Shown: positions 61,601 through 64,000 of the stretch, in pieces
Position numbering within the stretch: the first letter of the stretch is position 1
How the letters are laid out: each line of letters begins with the position of its first letter
NCBI GenBank assembly: GCA_016839555.1
Contig: JAEOUA010000007.1
Coordinates: forward strand, 262,398 to 326,397
Reading direction: 5' to 3'
Source: Promethearchaeota archaeon
GTDB taxonomy: Archaea > Asgardarchaeota > Lokiarchaeia > Sigyniarchaeales > SOKP01
DNA: 64,000 bases
The notes under the pieces: generated by a model
What the model saw: the letters and a program-made list of their open reading frames with translations, nothing else
Databases searched by the model: none
Told to the model about the DNA's origin: nothing
Program-made: the position numbers and the translations under genes

Positions 61601-62326
61601 TTACGACTCCTCCTCTTTTTTCAGACTCCATCTTAAGGTTTTTAATCGCTCTATTAATGGATCCCAAAAGATTTCATTATAATCACCAGAATATTTTACT
61701 TCAGTTATTTCAAGCTTAATTGCTCCTGTGGGACATGCATTATCACATGCTCCGCAGAACACGCATTTTTTCTCATCTACAACTACATTAGGTACAGATT
61801 TCCATCCTTCTTTTGATTTTTCCGGGACTGTGATTGCTCCACTTGGACACACTATGGCGCATGAATCACATCCACCAGCACACTCTTCGTCTGCAATACT
61901 AATAGTTCCTTCCCTATAGGATTTTACAACCCTTTCCTTTCCATCATTGCTTGTAATTTTTTTTGCCTCAAAATCAAGTCTAGGGACCGCCTTTTCTTTA
62001 ACTAGGGGAAGTTCATCCAAAGGAATTTCTTTTCCGTTTTTTTTCAAAGTCAAGGCTCCAAAAGGACATATATAAACACAAGTACCGCAAAAGACACATT
62101 TACTCGGATCGTATACTTCTGGAATAATATCTTGAGTAGTTGGGAATCGACGTGAAGCAGCAATGGGACCTCGTGAAACAGCCTCCTTGGGACAGACTCT
62201 GCCACACGTTCCACAGCCAGTACACTTTTCTCTATCTAAAATTAATTCTCTATTTTCAGTGAGAAATTGAATTTTAACCTTTTCTTTCCCTTCAGCTATT
62301 TCTCTTGATATTTTTGGAAATGACAT
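61601..62326 (-). CDS. fwdF: Polyferredoxin FwdF-like (four 4Fe-4S motifs)
   Basis: CTGCGTCGRVCP, CVFCGTCVYICP, CAGGCDSCAIVCP, CVFCGACDNACP; likely start MSFPK. Confidence 0.8.
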   Translation of the reverse strand: MSFPKISREIAEGKEKVKIQFLTENRELILDREKCTGCGTCGRVCPKEAVSRGPIAASRRFPTTQDIIPEVYDPSKCVFCGTCVYICPFGALTLKKNGKEIPLDELPLVKEKAVPRLDFEAKKITSNDGKERVVKSYREGTISIADEECAGGCDSCAIVCPSGAITVPEKSKEGWKSVPNVVVDEKKCVFCGACDNACPTGAIKLEITEVKYSGDYNEIFWDPLIERLKTLRWSLKKEEES

Positions 62327-62333
62327 CTTTTCC

Positions 62334-62591
62334 TCACTCCATCTCAAGTATTTGTAAATTTATGGCTTGCTGAGGGCATGATCTTAAACAAACTCCGCAA
62401 CCATCGCAATTTACACTTCTTTGCTCAACGTATATAGGGCGAGCAATACCATTTTTAACTAAAATAACTGCATTCTCATCGGTTAATTTTCCTTTCTTTC
62501 TTAATTGATCAAAATTTATGGGACAACTTACCACACATACATTACAACCCGTACAGAGATTATGATTTATTTTAATTTTATAAACTTGCAT
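62334..62591 (-). CDS. fwdG: Ferredoxin FwdG-like
   Basis: CTGCNVCVVSCPIN, CDGCGVCLRSCP; position in the fwd operon. Confidence 0.75.
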   Translation of the reverse strand: MQVYKIKINHNLCTGCNVCVVSCPINFDQLRKKGKLTDENAVILVKNGIARPIYVEQRSVNCDGCGVCLRSCPQQAINLQILEME

Positions 62592-62596
62592 ATATT

Positions 62597-63031
62597 TTAA
62601 CCCTCCTTTCTTAATGGATTTGGTCCTAATTCTTTTAATTCATGTACAAATTCTTCAACAATTTCAGTTAATTCTGCTCCTTCTGAAGCAGAGACAAAGG
62701 AATATTTTACACGTTTAGGATTAATACCAAATTGTTTTAAAAGAAGATGAAGCATGGGCATTTTCCTAATCGTTTTTAAATTACCCTCCACATAATGGCA
62801 ATCTCCGGGATGACAGTGCGAAACTAATACACCGTCAGCACCGTTTTTGAGTGCATCTAACACAAACTGAGGATCGACCCTTCCTCCACACATAACTCTC
62901 ATAATACGTAAATTGGCAGGTCTTTGGATACGTGAAGTCCCTGCCTGATCCGCTCCAGCGTATGTACACCAATTGCAGCATATACCCAAAATGTAAGGGT
63001 CGAATTCTTCACTTTTCGTCATTATTTTCAC
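62597..63031 (-). CDS. mvhD: Methyl-viologen-reducing hydrogenase delta subunit (Cys form)
   Basis: CCNWCTYAGADQAG, RVMCGGRV, GADGV, CHPGDCHY, SASEG. Confidence 0.95.
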   Translation of the reverse strand: MKIMTKSEEFDPYILGICCNWCTYAGADQAGTSRIQRPANLRIMRVMCGGRVDPQFVLDALKNGADGVLVSHCHPGDCHYVEGNLKTIRKMPMLHLLLKQFGINPKRVKYSFVSASEGAELTEIVEEFVHELKELGPNPLRKEG

Positions 63032-63510
63032 GTTTGATGTAAATTACTTAAAACAGATTTAATTTTATTTTAAGATTAGGTTTAGTTGTTAAACTATTTA
63101 ACTATTTAAATTATAAAAAATATATTAAATTTATTAAAGAAAATCTTAAGTCAGTAAATTAAATTAGTTTGAGACGATATATCCATCGATTCATATCGAT
63201 AAAATTCCTCAATTATACAATTTTTTTTTATAAATAAGCAAAAATTAAAGATGGAAACATTTATACCTCAATTTTTTTTTAGCAACATTATCTTCTTCTA
63301 CTTATAATAAAAAATTTATCATAAAAAGTTGATAGAGAAGGAGCATATTTGGGTGGTATCCCGATAGCTTTAGCTATTGAAATAAAACATAATAATATTA
63401 TAGTATTTGAATTTATTTCCTTTAATTGTTTAAATAATAAATGAATTTTGTTAATTTTTATCATTGATGTAAGACATTATTTAAAATAAACTCGTTAAGA
63501 ATGGAAAGGT

Positions 63511-64000
63511 ATGAGAACAAATAGAAGAAGAGCATTATATTGCATATATACTTTATTATTAATTTCTTGTATTTCAAATTTTCCTGCGTCTTCAGGAATT
63601 TACATTCCGTATCCCCTTATAGCTTCTTCAATAAACCAATCATCAGAACCGACCATCTCAGATTATTTTAAATCATATTTTGGACATGATTTAGATGAAC
63701 CCTATTGGTCAATTATTTATGATTTTGCTGGAAATCAAACAGTGCAAGATTTTAATCCCGGAACTTATGAAGATCTTCGATATGAAGGGGTTAATGATAG
63801 TGATCCTAATGTAAATGCTAATTTCTTTATGGGATGGAATAGTCTCAGAAATGTCCATAGCTTTTATTTTGCAATGCAAAATTACACATGGGATGCAGGC
63901 AATGATATAGCATATGGATGTGCTCCTTACCAATATTTCTTACAGCATTTCCGAGTTCCCACCACCAATACTCACGTCTTTATCTTAAATAAATTTCTGG
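63511..64000 (+). CDS. Putative secreted/surface protein, 3'-truncated by window edge (not in ORF track)
   Basis: MRTNRRRALYCIYTLLLISCISNFPASS... has a basic N-region and hydrophobic core; frame open to the window end; several N-x-S/T sequons (NQS, NQT, NDS, NYT). Confidence 0.8.
   Translation, partial: MRTNRRRALYCIYTLLLISCISNFPASSGIYIPYPLIASSINQSSEPTISDYFKSYFGHDLDEPYWSIIYDFAGNQTVQDFNPGTYEDLRYEGVNDSDPNVNANFFMGWNSLRNVHSFYFAMQNYTWDAGNDIAYGCAPYQYFLQHFRVPTTNTHVFILNKFL

Noticed and set aside
59868-63031. Possible Sec forms of FwdB and MvhD
   Set aside because: Both are uninterrupted ORFs with Cys at the relevant positions (VCHGPS; CNWC, GDCHY).
52011-63031. Assigning the organism as a methanogen
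   Set aside because: Fwd/Mvh/Hdr also occur in non-methanogenic archaea. No mcr/mtr genes are in the window and other content points to Asgard archaea.
4077-63933. Numerous 60-120 aa ORFs overlapping or antisense to long genes (e.g. 4077..4430, 18923..19288, 19595..19897, 33703..33996, 47397..47582, 63709..63933)
   Set aside because: They are shadows of well-supported genes, with no motifs and atypical composition.
1-64000. CRISPR arrays, tRNA/rRNA genes, IS elements or integrases
   Set aside because: No regularly spaced repeats, cloverleaf-like GC-rich segments or transposase/integrase ORFs seen. The only GC-rich 'intergenic' stretch (51.72-51.93 kb) is explained by vhuU and its SECIS.

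Overview
AT-rich archaeal chromosomal segment. Gene content points to an Asgard archaeon of the Lokiarchaeia/Promethearchaeota type (inference): HEAT/LRR protein, several stand-alone SCP2 lipid-binding genes, zinc-ribbon membrane proteins, Fwd/Mvh/Hdr genes, and a selenoprotein with a eukaryote-like SECIS. It holds mostly metabolic genes: TPP enzyme, glycyl-radical enzyme, FAD/Fe-S oxidoreductase, 2-hydroxyacyl-CoA dehydratase pair, acyl-CoA ligase, gdhA, hisG/hisD, rtcB, class II RNR, tRNA methylthiotransferase, and an mvhD-fwdGFDBC ... mvhG-vhuA-hdrC-hdrB-vhuU energy locus. Highlights: (1) a tandemly duplicated three-gene cassette (A-B-C, A-B-C; 38.9-44.6 kb) of membrane-anchored left-handed beta-helix proteins resembling a split, heterotrimeric version of the C1/C2/C3 region of poly-amino-acid synthetases (Pls/PosA), with only subunit A keeping a candidate catalytic His; (2) an unannotated 50-aa selenoprotein VhuU (in-frame TGA) whose stop codon lies inside the AUGA core of a SECIS-like hairpin; (3) SCP2 genes paired with three unrelated anaerobic enzyme systems; (4) several micro-proteins and a pseudogene missed by the ORF track, apparent ATT start codons, and GC3-rich patches inside genes. 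No tRNA, rRNA, CRISPR array or mobile element was recognised.
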